From Podarcis filfolensis (lineage: Eukaryota): DNA of 64,000 bases. The stretch lies in assembly GCA_964270895.1 (NCBI GenBank), contig OZ185438.1. The stretch is one strand, 5' to 3'. Numbering within the stretch: the stretch's first letter is position 1; each line of letters starts with the position of its first letter. The notes under the pieces are model-generated. The model made no database searches. It was not told the origin of the DNA and worked only from the letters and a program-made list of their open reading frames with translations. Positions 26,989-42,075 of this stretch are shown in pieces. A program made the translations under genes and the position numbers.

Positions 26989-29328
26989 TATCCTGAAAGT
27001 CTGCTGCGCTTAAGAGTGCAACTCCATTCACGCTTACTTAGATTTCTGTTAAATCGGGCTTACTCCCACTAAGTGGGGTTTTTATTGTAGTCATAGTAAC
27101 ATAACACTGATACACCAAATGAGAGCATCTTATTTGAGGTTGACTGGATTTTACATGGGCTTGAAAGCACTTTTTTAAAAAAGTATTAAATGTAGTTTCA
27201 GAATTGTTTGATTTTAGCATACACAAATTCCATCTATTAAATAAGTGCTTCAGATGAAAATACATTTAAAGATCCTAGTGACGTAAAAATGAAAAAGTAG
27301 GTGTATTATTTATTTTACAATCTAAAGTGCTTATTAGGATGCAGTGCACACACACATATGCAGCATTTCACCTTGCATAGCTCCCTTGGTTCTAGAAAAA
27401 CTAGGTTTTTTTAGGATACGAAGACTGAACTGCTGGTAGAGGTTGTGCAAGAGCCAATCAAGGCTGCTGTTACTGGTGTGAGCTACTGTAACAGTTTGCA
27501 GCCCAGGGTGCCTCTGCTGCTTCTGCAACCAGTGACGGGAAATGTGGCAAGGTCTGTTGTGTCTCCAGAATGCATATGGTTGATGGCACAATGCAGCAGA
27601 CTTGTGGCTCAAGCCCTTAGGTAGATGTTAATATATTAAGAATGCCATATCTTCATTATAAAAATAGAGGTCCCCCCCCCAAGTTTTTACTTTTTCCTTA
27701 ACTGTGCAGCTATATAGCAAATACGAGAAATCTAGTCTTACACCGTTTGGTTTTAGCTATTCAAGCTTGATGTTCAGTTGTTTCCAAAAAAATACATTAA
27801 GGTACACAGAAATAACGAACTGATCCAGCTTCCAGGTGCATAACACAGTTGCATGGAAAGCTACATGTGCAAACAGGCCCTGAACATGTGGCCACCATTT
27901 TCATTTATTAACATAAGAGGTTGCATACCTCAAGCCCTTTAAAAGTGGTTAGAATTCTGCTAAATTCAGTCCCTGTGGCTCATTTCCTGCCAAAGCAGCC
28001 AGTCAGAAGGATTTTAATTACTAGGGGCTCCAGATACACTGGAGTGAACAACTGTATTAGACTGCAAATTTAGTTTTAAACTCAGACATTGTTTTGCACA
28101 GTTCCAATTTAAGTTTGAGTTTAAAACTAAGAGCAAAGATGAAAGTGGAAAGGTTCTTGCAGGATAGGCAGAAGCAGATGCCCAAGTCTGAATTTATCTT
28201 CAACTGGAATTATCATATCCTTTTACACTTAGGTTTTCCGTATTTTTGGAAAGGGTTTTTTTTTAAAAAAAACACACAACAATTGCATATGTAAAGTGGT
28301 ACAAATAGTGCTGGTGCAACTTTCCAGAAAACAGCTGAATGCGTGGTGTTGACTTGTTCTCTAGTGGATGAACTACGCTAAGGCTTAGAGCTATGTTAAG
28401 TTTATCAAACACTTTTGGCGTTCTGATTTCAATAACTCATAAGTGGAAGGGGAAAAAAACCAGGGCACAATCCAGCCAAAGTTAATCACTGCAAAAACCA
28501 ACCATATACTTTAATCTCCCTAGTAAAACACTTTTTAATCTCATTGATTTTTAACTGGCTGGAATTGTGGCTACAGTAGGTAGACTGGAACAACAGCAGA
28601 AAGTTTTCTATACAAAATCTGAATCATTGCCAATATTTCTCTGTGGCAATGCTCTGTGCATTACCAAGCTGCTAGTGAATAGTTTAAACTAGTCACTAGA
28701 TCTCTTACATAAATTCTCCTCTACAATAAAATACTATTGAGAATGGAGAATTAGCACTAAGCTTAACATTAAATAAGCTGTCTTTTCATATACAGTTCTC
28801 AAAGCATTTGTTTTATCGCCATTTTGAGTTACAATGATGAAACTTACCTGAGGCAAAACACTCAATTTTTCAAAAGTGAGATATATCTATCTAGATATGA
28901 GGAAACAGTGCAATAATCAAAAAGCTTCTACTTGTAGCTTAAAACTGTAGGAGATGCATTTCAGCTCAAAGTTTTGTTGTTTTTTAGCTCTCACATGATA
29001 AGGAAAAGGGGGTAAAAAACCCACATAATTAGCAAGTAGAGAATGTTTGCATAATCACCACTGTAGCATTATTGCTTAATAGGACTCTGCTGAATTTGCC
29101 ATTGCTCTTATGTAATATATCTGTTCACAAGGGTAAAGAAGACAATATAAGGTTCAGCATTCCATTGCCACTTAAAACATGTGACAGTTTTGGATTCCCT
29201 GGCTAGCAGAGTCAGGCACATTCTATAACACGCTCCAGTGCTGTGTGACTTCAGTAGTTTGTTCAACAGTGTTTTCATCCCACATTTGTTCAGAGTTTAA
29301 AATGCCTTTATAGTGGAGTGAGACACAC

Positions 29329-29417
29329 TCACAATATTTCGAAGTCCCATATCTGTGTGCATTTGCTGGTGTCGAGCTGGTTTACAACAATGTGGCTCCT
29401 GTCATAATAATATCCTC
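29329..29417 (-). CDS. CRYBG3: CRYBG3/vlAKAP last coding exon (ricin-B lectin end)
   Basis: 89 bp, TTTTAG acceptor on the minus strand; GYYYDRSHIVVNQLDTSKCTQIWDFEIL*. Confidence 0.92.
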
Positions 29418-29958
29418 CTAAAATAAGAGACATTTGAGAAGGTCAGTAGTTCACGTCAATTCATTATTGATTATTTATAAGCCTATTTTTTCCATTGCAC
29501 TAAATGTGCAGTACTTGTAAAATGTTAACACCTAAAAACTATTTTCAAAATTGTTTCCATTAGAAAACCCTCTTTCAAGCTAAACTGGAAGCAAGATGGT
29601 GACAATATATACACGTGACCCAGAATTAATTAGTCCTGCACAGTGTATTTCAGGCAATATTTTTTTTTGCCTTATATTTTTTTTGTTTTTCTAGCTTATG
29701 TAGGATAACTTTCCAGTGTGCAAAGAGCTGCTATCTATAAAGGTTTTCTTTATGATTCTGCGAACAAGTGGTTGTATTAAAGCTGCAGTGACGCCTGGGT
29801 CTGTCCAGACTCTGTTGACGCCCTGGCCCTGTTATTAAGTGCCGGTAATTGTATTCTTAAGCTGAGATCCTAATATATGCATGGCAATTTGGAATGCAAA
29901 TACTGACAGACATGAAAAATTTGACCTCAAAGTCAGGCAGAAATGGCATACTTTATAA

Positions 29959-30084
29959 CAGGGATGGCCAAACTTCGCCTCCTGCTGTTTTGGGACTACA
30001 ATTCCCATCATCCCTGAACCCTGGTCCTGTTAGCTAGGGATGATGGGGGTTGTAGTCCCAAAACAGCTGGAGGGCCAAGTTTGG
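29959..30084. mobile_element. Palindromic hAT-type MITE
   Basis: Same family as 35035; imperfect 8-bp TSD CTTTATAA/CTCTATAA. Confidence 0.75.
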
Positions 30085-31099
30085 CTCTATAAGGCAGCAC
30101 TGCAGAGTATTCCCCCTACCCCCCCAAAAAAGCTAAGCAAAATATGATCATTGTAGCTAAATGGATTATCCAAATTCAATCTTGGATACACAAAGAAATT
30201 AGTGTGTATTATCATTGTTTATAAACACATGAATCTTTGATTTGGTTTCACTGCATGCTTATGGAAACTGCTAGCATAGCAAAGTAATATTCTTTTAGAT
30301 TCCATTGTTACTGGCAAGACAAAAAACAAAGAGTCCTGCTGGATCAGACCAAAGGCCCATCTAATCTAGCCCAGCATCTTATTTTCACAGTGACACCACG
30401 TCCAGTTAACCCTCCCCTGGCTTTCCTATAGCGTTTGTACCCAGAGATAGTGTGCCACTGGTTCTCTCCATTCCACTATGCTTTCCTTTAAAACCAAGCA
30501 CTACAGCTTGCTTGTTCTGGCTTATAGGCTTCTAGCATCAGTGGATAAACACCTATACATGGTGTCACTATCTCTGGCACATACCCTTTAACTTGAAGTG
30601 CTTTCACCTCTTTGGATTTTTGTCATGATCCCCTACAAAAACTTTCATTGCGTAGTTCTACCCTGCTCTTAAGTTGGACAATTATAAACATTATTTCGAC
30701 AATCAAGTCTGATACTGACAAGGGCCAGCCTATTCAGAAAGCGGACCAAGGAACTTCAAGCATTACTAAGCTTAAAGCTAAATAATTACTTCTGGTGAAA
30801 TACTTCCTAGGAGGCATGATTTTCATGATTCGAGTATCCAATGTGGTTTTGACGATGAAGCCTTTTGACTTCAGTTGTGAAAAGAACTAAGGATATTGCC
30901 ATGCATTCGTGACCTCAGTGTGCAGAAGAGCTCACTATGTGCACTTTCTAAGTTATTCCAGGTAAGCTTGACAATTATTTAGGGAAAGCTTCACATGACC
31001 TAAATCTAGTTTAAGAGCCTTAAAAGGGGAGTGAGGAGACAATTGTGTGAAGCCTTGTATTTTTGTACCAAGTTAAAAGGGCATATAAAACAATAGCTA

Positions 31100-31267
<168 letters not shown>

Positions 31268-31545
31268 CTAGATAAATTGGGGGAAAGAATTTGTTCATTG
31301 CCTTGGTGGGCTCTAATATTTACATATTTCTAATGGAGATATGCCCTACAGATAAGTACAGTAGCAGGAATATAGTCTCCAGCAACAAGAAGGCTGGATC
31401 CATCATACCACCCAAGTAAACAACTGATTCACGGAGTACAGGGTATCACTGTTTTTACTAGACAATTTAAAGCATAGTATGAAGAGTAAAAAAGGACTGG
31501 TGCAACAGGCCAAAGTTCATTGTTAGGCATGCGTATGCTCTATAG

Positions 31546-31667
31546 CAGGGGTTGGGAACCTGTGGTCCTCCAGATGTTGCTGGACTCCTAACGCCCATCA
31601 TGTTGACTGGGGCAGAGGAACATGGGTCTCCAGCAACATCTGGAAATCATCTGGTTCCCCATCCCTG
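31546..31667. mobile_element. hAT-type MITE; related partial copies at about 17941, 25104, 52840 and 61445
   Basis: CAGGGGTTGGGAACC...GGTTCCCCATCCCTG ends; near-TSD CTCTATAG/TTCTACAG. Confidence 0.75.
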
Positions 31668-32507
31668 TTCTACAGACACAGGTCTATCTGTGACTAGTTG
31701 TATTAAGGCAATTGGAATTAAATGGTGCCCAGGACCTGGAGCAGATTCTAAGCGTTGAACAAACGGAGACAGTTATCTCAGTGCTATCAAATTCAACATA
31801 CGTAACTGAGGACAATTGCCAAGAAGGAAACTTTTAAAAAAGGAGGGGATTACGGCAGGTTTGGCCTAACCATAAAGCAAAATGTAGCAATTGCATCTTT
31901 AGTAGTGTGCTTGCTAGAAGGCATGGTTTTCCTTACTCAGTTTTGTTTTTTACAGATGCATGATAAAGGTGGTCTGAGAAGTCTGGTACAAATTAGCACA
32001 CTCCAATGATAAAACACACACTAAAGTAACCTTTTAGAGAGGTTCTTCTCCCAGGGAGACATTCATGCAAGGAAATGTATCACATGCAGAGCTAATGCAT
32101 TTGAACTTGAAAATGATACAGAAGTCAAAATAATTGTTCTCCCATGAAGGCTGCTATTAAAAAAAACCAACCCTTATTTTTGTGACACAGTGTGCTGTTT
32201 GCTTTTAAAATACATTACCTCATTTCACCCTGAAAAGTTTGCAGTTTCAAAGCCTTATTCATATGAATTAGAAACATTAATTTGTGGATGCAATGGAAAC
32301 TTGAATTTGGAACCTGGGCTGTTGAAGAAGCAAGCTATGGACTTGTGAGAGGGAAAAGGCAGGAAGGGTTAGCTAGCATTCCTAAGCACCTAAAGTGTTT
32401 CCACTGCCCATCACATTACCCTGGTTCCTACTTGCACAGAAGAAGAAATGGCCGGGCTTTATAAACAGACAGAATTGAGGATGATGACATTGCCGTTTCA
32501 GCTGCTA

Positions 32508-32729
<222 letters not shown>

Positions 32730-32913
32730 TTATAAATCTGCACAAATACATTTTTCCTTCTGATGTAAACATACAACCTCTGTTTGCATACTGCATGCAT
32801 AAAAATGGTAATGTACTTCCACAACTAAATGAATATTAGAATTGGACATGGTTTAGGTTCCATTCAGCAGAAAAGAACTTCCTACCTTTGCCGAATGTGG
32901 GATCAACATTTTA

Positions 32914-33090
<177 letters not shown>

Positions 33091-34227
33091 TCAAAATAGA
33101 ATATGAATTAACTATGTTAATGCGGTAAAATTTCAACTAGACAAAAATATGCAGTAAAGTGTTTTTAACTGAAAATATACTCATGCTTCGCATGATTGCA
33201 TTATACTAGATGTTGAGTTGTAAGCCATTAAGGCTTCAAATCTATGCACATCTTAGGGAAGCCTACTTACAAATAGACATGTACAAGATTGGACCCAAAC
33301 ATCTGATTAGCCTATGTGAGGAAAGACAGCAAACAGCCTTTGCCAACTTCAACTATAATGAAACAGAGACCAAACTACCACGTCAGATGTTCACAAAGGA
33401 GTATCACCCTCCCATTCAGATAGGATTCTGGTTATTTTAACAGCTCTGGGCAGCAAGTTGGCATTTCCCCAGAGATCTTTCTAACATGTCTCCCTATCAT
33501 AGGGGAAGGAAAAGGGAATGGGCAGTAGAAATTCAAATCAACCTTAATTTCAGTTCTAATTCAATCCTAAAGAAAATATTCCCCCAGAATTCTAAGTGAT
33601 AATCTCTCTTAGTTGTTGCAGCCTAGCATATGCTCAGCAGACTTTTGCTTTCTTCTTCATGGAACACTCCCCCTTTCCATCATTTAAAAATACCTTGGAT
33701 GAGTAATGTGGCATTGTAGCCTATACTTGTAACTTCTAAGGGTATTTTCAAGGCAGAATATTGCCTTATGTTGTTTAAAGAGCGACGTTTATTTTACAAC
33801 AGACATTGCGTCATAGTTGTTGAAAACCTGAAATTTATTATATAGCAGGTTTTCATTTTTCTCCTCTACCTATTCTAAAAGAAGGCTGGCTGTGTGTTTC
33901 CTGTTTTGCAAGTTAAATGCTTTTATCTAAGACAGCCATTTATTCTTGCATTTTTTGCTTGTTCTGTCCTGCTTGAAACATGTTAGCAAATAATTCCTCT
34001 GATCTTCACTTCTGCCATTACAAAATAAAGTGCTGCAAGACTAAACATTTCACTACTTGAAGTATACATATATGCACATTTACTGTGTGTGTATCCCCAA
34101 AAAGCACTTGGGATCAATACAGAATTCCATGCAGTTCCTTCTTATGGAAATACTAGATGACGCTCAACAGTGCCATCCTGCTTGTGCAATGTTAGGACTT
34201 CTACTCTGTAGAATAAAGTGATACTTA

Positions 34228-34368
<141 letters not shown>

Positions 34369-35034
34369 CTACAGAAAAGAGAAAAGCTGGTAACATCTGC
34401 ACAGCAAATGTCGCTGTGAAGGTAGTTCCCCATTTCGCTAGTGTCTCTACTTGCAAGTTGACAACTCCCTCCAGGGACAGGTATCACTGCACATTTGGCT
34501 TCTGAACAAATCAAGTTAAGGAACATTGCAAACTGTTAGAAGCCAGCAGCGAGGCTTAATAGAGTGGCAGAACAACTGCATTTGGGGCCCCACAAGTCAT
34601 GATGGCCAGGGCTTAAGAAGGGGAGGGGGCAGGTGGGGAAACCACCTTTTTGCTATGCCAGGTCCAGACTAGTACAGCAGAGAAGCCCAGATTTGGCTTC
34701 CTGCAAGAAGCTGGACAAGCTTAGGATACAGCACATCCTTGGTTGGTCCAGTTCTATCCCTTCCCTGGCCTCTGAAACACTGGTGTTTTTTTGGGGGGGG
34801 GGAATATGCTGGGTGCTGCCAGCGGTAGCTTCCACCCACCCCATGGTTTACATGAACACAGTCAGGAATTCCATAGTGGCAGAGCCCCTGAACCCCCACT
34901 AGAGCTCAAAACATGAACATCTTCAACTTATTCAAACTGTGTCCATGACTGCTAGATCATTTTAAGGCTAGCAGAGAAAAAGGATTTGAAAAATCTGAAA
35001 GTAGAAGATAGCCAAACAATGGCACAGCCTAGAG

Positions 35035-35171
35035 AAGGCCTCCTCAACTTTGGGCCCTCCAGATGTTTTGAGACTAGAATTCCCATCATCCCTGACCACT
35101 GGTCCTGCTAGCTAGGGATCATGGGAGTTGTAGGCCAAAAACATCTGGAGGGCTGAGGTTGAGGAAGCCTG
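35035..35171. mobile_element. Palindromic hAT-type MITE
   Basis: Perfect 8-bp TSD GCCTAGAG; internal inverted ccctccagatgtttt...aaaacatctggaggg. Confidence 0.85.
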
Positions 35172-35398
35172 GCCTAGAGGATCAGTTTTCAAAATTGATG
35201 GTAAACTTGGATGAACAACAACATTGTCAGCAACAACAGAGATTGTGGAACAGTCCTAGGCACACCTACCTAGGAGTAACCCCCACTGAACATCATGAAT
35301 GGAATTGTCAAACAACTAGGGTTGGCAATTTTTAAACTGGCCATTGTTTCTGCACTTTCAACTCCTAATTGATTAGCACGCATTAGGAGGTACCAGGC

Positions 35399-35658
35399 TT
35401 GAGTGCTCACTCGGACAGATTCTGAAGCTGAGGCTCCAATACTTTGGCCACCTCATGAGAAGAGAAGACTCCCTGGAAAAGACTCTGATGTTGGGAAAGA
35501 TGGAGGGCACAAGGAGAAGGGGACGACAGAGGACAGTGTTCTCGAAGCTACCAACATGAGTTTGACCAAACTGCGGGAGGCAGTGGAAGACAGGAGTGCC
35601 TGGCGTGCTCTGGTCCATGGGTCACAAAGAGTCGGACACGACTAAACAACAACAACAA
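35399..35658 (+). mobile_element. Bov-B/RTE LINE 3' fragment
   Basis: LKLRLQYFGHLMRREDSLEKTLMLGK-type coding end; ...gagtcggacacgactaaacaacaacaac tail. Confidence 0.9.
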
Positions 35659-36347
35659 TAATCAATTCTATCCCATGAAAAGCTGCTGCTAAACCCTGCT
35701 CATTATACTTCTGCCAAAGGCACAAGAGCAGCTCTGGCCATTATTTTCTGCTCAGCTGACAGTTCCACAGATAACATTCTATTTAACTCTGACCTACATG
35801 ACAGACTTTCATAGAATCAAAGAATTATAGAGTTGGACCATACAGTCTTCCTCAAACTCTCCTTTTATTTTTTCCCAGTGCAACTATATTAAGGACTGAG
35901 AAATTGTCAGAGCTATATCAACAGTTGTTAATGTGGCAGCTTCTAGTAATTATGAATATGTAAGCTTAATATCACATATCTTTTGTTGAATCATTTTGTG
36001 TTTACTTTCAATCCTAGCCAGATTGAAAATAAATTAAAAATCCAACTAAAACAACTAAAAAAAGTGAAGTGACCTTAGATTATGTTGGCAGCACAAACCA
36101 AATAAAAGCTGGTTGTACTGATAAGCATAATCAATTAATCAGCACTTCATAAAATAAACAAACAGCCATCAGGGATGGGCTAAGTATACTTCTGAATACT
36201 AGTTGCTGGGGATCATGAATGGGAGAGGGCTATTGGATTGAAGCCCTGGTTATGGGCTTCTCTTGACCACTGTGGGAATAGGATGCTGTACTAGAGAAGC
36301 CTTCGGACTGCTCCAACTGGACTCTTCATATGGGATGAGCAACATTA

Positions 36348-36592
36348 CAGTCGTACCTTGGTTTTCAAATGCCTTGGGAGTCAAACGTTCTGGCTCTTGA
36401 ACAATCAAAAACCGGAAGTGATTGTTCCAGTTTTAGAACATTCTTTGGAACCTGAACATCCGACGCAGCTTCTGATTGGCTGCAGGAGCTTCCTGCAGCC
36501 AATCGGAAGCCATGTCTTGGTTTCTGAACATTTTGGAAGTTGAACGGACTTCTGGAATGGATTCTGTTCAACTTCCAAGGTACCACTCACTG
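36348..36592. mobile_element. pogo/Tigger-like MITE
   Basis: TA-CAGTCGTACCTTGG...CCAAGGTACCACT(CACT)G-TA; same family as 26777 and 50556. Confidence 0.85.
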
Positions 36593-37240
36593 TACTCTTA
36601 AAATGTCTTCTAAGTCAGCAATGCCATAAAAAATGGAAACTACATTCCAGTTACATTGGATGATACCTAATTGCCTAAAATACTTCAGCTGAACTGGGCA
36701 TGGACTGAGATGCTTAAGAACCATTTTTGTTTTCTCTAGCCAAAATGAAGTATTTTTGCAGTAGACACGTGCAAAGAAGCCATTTCGGCAATTAAAAACA
36801 AGCGCAACACAAAAATAAGCAATGTATAAAGTACAGGCTCAAAACAATTGTGCACTGAAGTAAATAATGTCCGCCCATTACTGCATTCTTGAGTTTTCAG
36901 ATCAACAGCTAACATTGTTACTAAAAGCAGCTTTCTAGAACAGCAAGTGCATGATACTGCTAAAACTGCATGTTGTTTGTAAATGAAACCAGGGGAAGTT
37001 CCTCCTTGTACAGAGGTCATAATTTCCTGCCACAGAGTCCCTTGAGGACACAACACACTGGTTTAAGAATGCTAGTCTCTCTTAAAATTTTAACAAATTT
37101 CAGCAAATTTCAAATTAACTGGATTCTAGCAGTAATAAGGACCAAATGACATTGCAAAACAGCCAAAAGACAATATAGTTGCACACTGAAACATAGAAGG
37201 AATGGACCAAATGAGACACTGATTCTTTAAATGTTATCAT

Positions 37241-37258
37241 TCTCCTCCTCCTCCTCCT

Positions 37259-37311
<53 letters not shown>

Positions 37312-37331
37312 CCTCCCTCCCTCCCTCTCTC
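37241..37331. repeat. Compound (CCT)n(CT)n(CCCT)n microsatellite
   Basis: Read directly from the sequence. Confidence 0.97.
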
Positions 37332-38010
37332 AAAGAGAAGGGACAATCATGAATAGGCAGGCGATAAGATGAGAATAATTAGCCTATTCATTGGTGAAAG
37401 CTATAAAGCTATTTCAAAACATTTTTTTAAACACTCAGGGACAGTAAAACTAATCTAGTACAATGCTGAACACAAAGGGGACCAGTTTCCCAGTTTGTTC
37501 TTAGTGCAACAAAGAGCTATGAAGATTAGCAATACACATGGTACTAAAGTTAGTCTACTTGAGGCAATTAAGACATACTACGGGCAATTTAACCTGTAAA
37601 AACTTCAGTTATGCCCTAACCTGAAGGTTTAGAAACTGCTCGAGTCAGGTAACATATATCATTGCCTGTGAGCATGGCAGGGAAATAATAAACCTGGTAT
37701 ATATTTGCTGCTACCCACTTTGCATTTGTCACCAGTTAACACATCCTTTCCCCATTAAACAAGGCTGCACTCCTAACCCCAATGACCGAAGAGTAAGCCC
37801 CACTGAATTCAGCAGGATTGACTGATTAGACATAAATTAGGATTATGGTGTCAGTCACAAGAATCTTGCAGCACCACACAGTGTAGCTATTGCTGTATCA
37901 TATGCTAATCCTGTTCTTGCTATTACGGATTGCTTGGTAAGCTGCAGAACTTTTTTTCTGTCAGAAATTGGAGTGGGGGGGGGCGGACCTGGCAACCTTT
38001 CAACAAATTA

Positions 38011-38347
38011 AAAAGGTAAAGGGACCTCTGACCATTAGGTCCAGTTGTGGCCGACTCTGGGGTTGCGGCACTCATCTCGCTTTATTGGCCGAGGGAGCCG
38101 GCGTACAGCTTCCAGGTCATGTGGCCAGCATGACTAAGCCGCTTCTGGTGAACCAGAGCAGCGCACGGAAACGCCGTTTACCTTCCCGCCGGAGCGGTAC
38201 CTATTTATCTACTTGCACTTTGATGTGCTTTCGTACTGCTAGATTGGCAGGAGCAGGGACCGAGCAACAGGAGCTCACCCTGTCGCGGGGATTCGAACCG
38301 CTGACCTACTGATCAGCAACTCCTAGGCTCTGTGGTTTAACCCACAG
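38011..38347 (-). mobile_element. Sauria SINE, near full length
   Basis: Reverse complement of the same family as 21388; tRNA-like head with B-box ggttcgaatcc; aaaggtaaag tail. Confidence 0.88.
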
Positions 38348-38825
38348 AAATTACACTGGCACAAATTATAGGTTGGAGATCATTTGTTTAAATCCAAACA
38401 AATATTTCATTAGATGGTTGCTTCCTGCCTGCACTGCTGCTACTGCTCCAAACGCAGGACAACTGAGCCACCTGAACATGCAGTTGGCATGTAAATAAAA
38501 TTAGAGGGGAAACCTCTGTCAATTACCCATATTACCACTTTCTTCTGACAGAGACATGAAACTGGGACAGGACCATTGTCAGCAGAATGCAGGAGGCCTG
38601 GTAGGACTCACCACAAACAATGCCTGCCTGTGCACTAGACTTTGCCCTTAAAAAAGTATCCCCTTGCCACCACGCCAAACAAAGTACTATTCAGTAAGTT
38701 AATTTTTTCTCTCTAATATCTGTGCGCATATGCAGCCCAACTCTTCAATTTCTCTGCAAGATGCTATTTTCCCTGAATTTGAATTACAGGGAATTTAATA
38801 GGCTTCCCTGGAGTATGGCTGGCTA

Positions 38826-39038
<213 letters not shown>

Positions 39039-39427
39039 TCAAAATAAAGTATCAACAGAAGACAATTTTTTCAACACACACTGATTTCATTCATTAGACT
39101 TACAACTAAACACAAAAGTTTGGTGGTATATAAACAGAAAATAAATGCATACAACATAAGTTTGATACTAGCAGTCATGAAATTAGGCGCCTATTTCTAA
39201 GCATGGCACAAATCTGACTGTAGGCTTTAGCAACTATATAATGCCTTGCTGAAAAGTTAACAGGTTAAAAGAGGGATAATTTTCAAGACAGTTTATAAGC
39301 AAATATAATTAGAGCATTATCTTCATTTTTTTTTTGTAAACTGCCTTGAAAATTCTCTCTTTTAAGGTGTAAATAGATTGAAATTGTTTTCCAAGCTGCT
39401 TTAAAAAATTGTGAATAGATCAACTCA

Positions 39428-39538
<111 letters not shown>

Positions 39539-40617
39539 CTATTAAAAAAAATATATTTTTCAACACATAAATGCATAAACTACAAAACAAATGTGTATAT
39601 TACGCTAAGTAGTTGTCACAGAGAAGCAGTGTTTTATCATTCTGAAGTTTTAAAAAGAAAAAGTTGTATTTAAAACATGTGATTTTCCCTATAGCATTAT
39701 GGCTGATTTGTAACTGATCCGATATTTCTGCTAAGATTGCTGATAACAAGTATGTACTTGTTGATGCAACAGTTGCCTGTATGAAAACTATTAGCAATGT
39801 TCGTATTTATGGAATACAGCTGCGCAGTATGCAATATCATTTCCCCCAATTAAATGCAATTAAGGTTAGGCAGCCTAAATCAAGATTTTGGTAGAAAGTG
39901 AAGTTTTCTAGTACACTGCCTAATGGGCAGCAAAAGTATACACCATCCAGTTAGGCCTGGAAGTTGACAAAATGTGGTAGGCTTCCATCACAGGATGTGC
40001 TCCAGTAGGGTAGACTAGGAAATGCTAGTCAACTGAGAATGGACTCATTAGTACAACTAAAAAACATTATGTAAGCTTGCTAGAGAGCAAGACAACACAA
40101 CACTTTTGGATGTAAGCATGTAACTTGCTTAACTTGCAAAAAATATAATAAAAAAAACTTGGCACCAACCCTTAGGGGCAAAAGAGCAAGAGAAACTGGA
40201 AAATCAACCAGCTGGTTATGCTTTCCCAGGGATTTAAAAAATAGTGGACAATAGTTGAGTTCTCTCCAGTAAAAAGAAGAAAGAGGAAATTGCTTGCAAA
40301 AATAAACCCAGGATTAGTTTTATATTAGGAATTACCATTCATGTTTAGTTTTAACTCACTATTATGTGTGTCTGTGTAATATTTAAATATGAGTTTCCTT
40401 CCTTTGAAACATAGTCTATTTAGCTTAACTACTGAAAAGCTGCTCTCAGTGGGAGGGGAATTATCCAAGAATACACGGGAGGTGGTGCTGGGGGGCTTCA
40501 AAGCCACACCTGCTTCCTCCAGAGGGCAACATCCATTCACAAAAGGGTAAATCTTGATCTAACCCCAATATCCCACAAATTAATGGTGCTAATAATTGTG
40601 ATTTCACAAGAACTTAC

Positions 40618-40650
40618 CCAGTGTTTGGGTTCATGATTTCCTAGTGGCTC
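40618..40650 (-). CDS. CRYBG3: CRYBG3 33-bp linker exon
   Basis: TTTTTGTAG/GTAAGT; EPLGNHEPKHW; symmetric phase 0. Confidence 0.88.
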
Positions 40651-40875
40651 CTACAAAAAGCATAAATATATAAAATAGAAATATGAGTATATCATTGAGT
40701 ATATGAGTATATTATTGAGAAACTGTTGATTCATCATGGAGGCTCAACTTCATTTTCTACTTGCAAAAATGAAATGAGATTCATAGATACGCTTAATATG
40801 TACATGGCATATTCTGTTCTAATTTCCTCCTCTGTAAGGAGATAAGCTGCAGGTACTTGGGAAAGCTTCTTATTC

Positions 40876-40879
<4 letters not shown>

Positions 40880-40918
<39 letters not shown>

Positions 40919-40919
40919 G
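40880..40919. repeat. (TG)n microsatellite
   Basis: Read directly from the sequence. Confidence 0.97.
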
Positions 40920-41230
40920 ACCAATAAAATACGGATTTTCTGTAAGTCAGTAGCAGAAGATTTTACCACAAGGTTGGCTTTATATGCCCTTGCTGCAGAG
41001 TATGCACACTGAATCCCCCCCACAAACACAACTTATGGATTGACTGCACACTTTTGGGGGGAAGGAAACATAAATTTTATTAAGACCTTTGGCCCAAACA
41101 AACTATTCTTCTCTTAAAAATATCCTCATGATAGCACATCTTGACACTACTTAAATTTGATTCCACCTCAGAACGACCTGCAACTACAACAAAAATCAAA
41201 GTATGATAGGAAAATTGTAAATAAATTTCA

Positions 41231-41548
<318 letters not shown>

Positions 41549-41820
41549 TCAAATTCATGAGACAGCTACTCAGATATACTAGTAATTCATATACTGCTCT
41601 AAAATAATTGTCCATTCTTCATTTGTTCATCAAATATGAATTTAAAACAAGCATTTAAAATTTATGTGTTGTGGTTCACTGTTATCTGACACTAGACAGC
41701 TTTTCCCAGTTAAGCCTATAAAGCCAAAGGAAAAGACATCATTTCTGTTAGCCAGTTTTAATTATGGGTGAAGCCAAAAAGTTCTTTCTATTTGCAATCA
41801 TATATCACAAGAACGGAAGA

Positions 41821-41988
41821 AGAGTCTGTTGGATCAGGCCAGTGGCCCATGTAGTTCAGCATCCTGTTTTCACAGTGGCCAGTCAGATAAGGGAAGCCTG
41901 AAAGCAGGACCTGAGCATAGCAACATTCTCCCAGTAACTGGCATACAGTGGAGGCAAAACATAGACATTGTGGCTAGTAGCCATTGAT
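41821..41988 (+). mobile_element. Squamate SINE/LINE-3'-derived repeat; related copies at about 30338, 36150 (-), 47620 and 60914
   Basis: Recurrent motif gctggatcaggcca..ggcccat.tagt.cagcatcctgtt.tcacagtggcca in the window; exact family not determined. Confidence 0.65.
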
Positions 41989-42075
41989 ATCACTTATAGG
42001 TAACTTTATAGGTTAAGCAGAGAATGAGAACTAAATGAAGAGGAAAAAAGAAAGATTTGGAATGCAAGCAAGTTT

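Noticed and set aside
27334-27612. 92-aa minus-strand ORF in the inter-stop region
   Set aside because: No recognisable homology or splice sites; probably UTR sequence
30815-30966. Possible box C/D snoRNA or antisense exon (CCAG|GTAAGC at about 30961)
   Set aside because: No proper RTGATGA/CTGA pair with a terminal stem and no convincing acceptor
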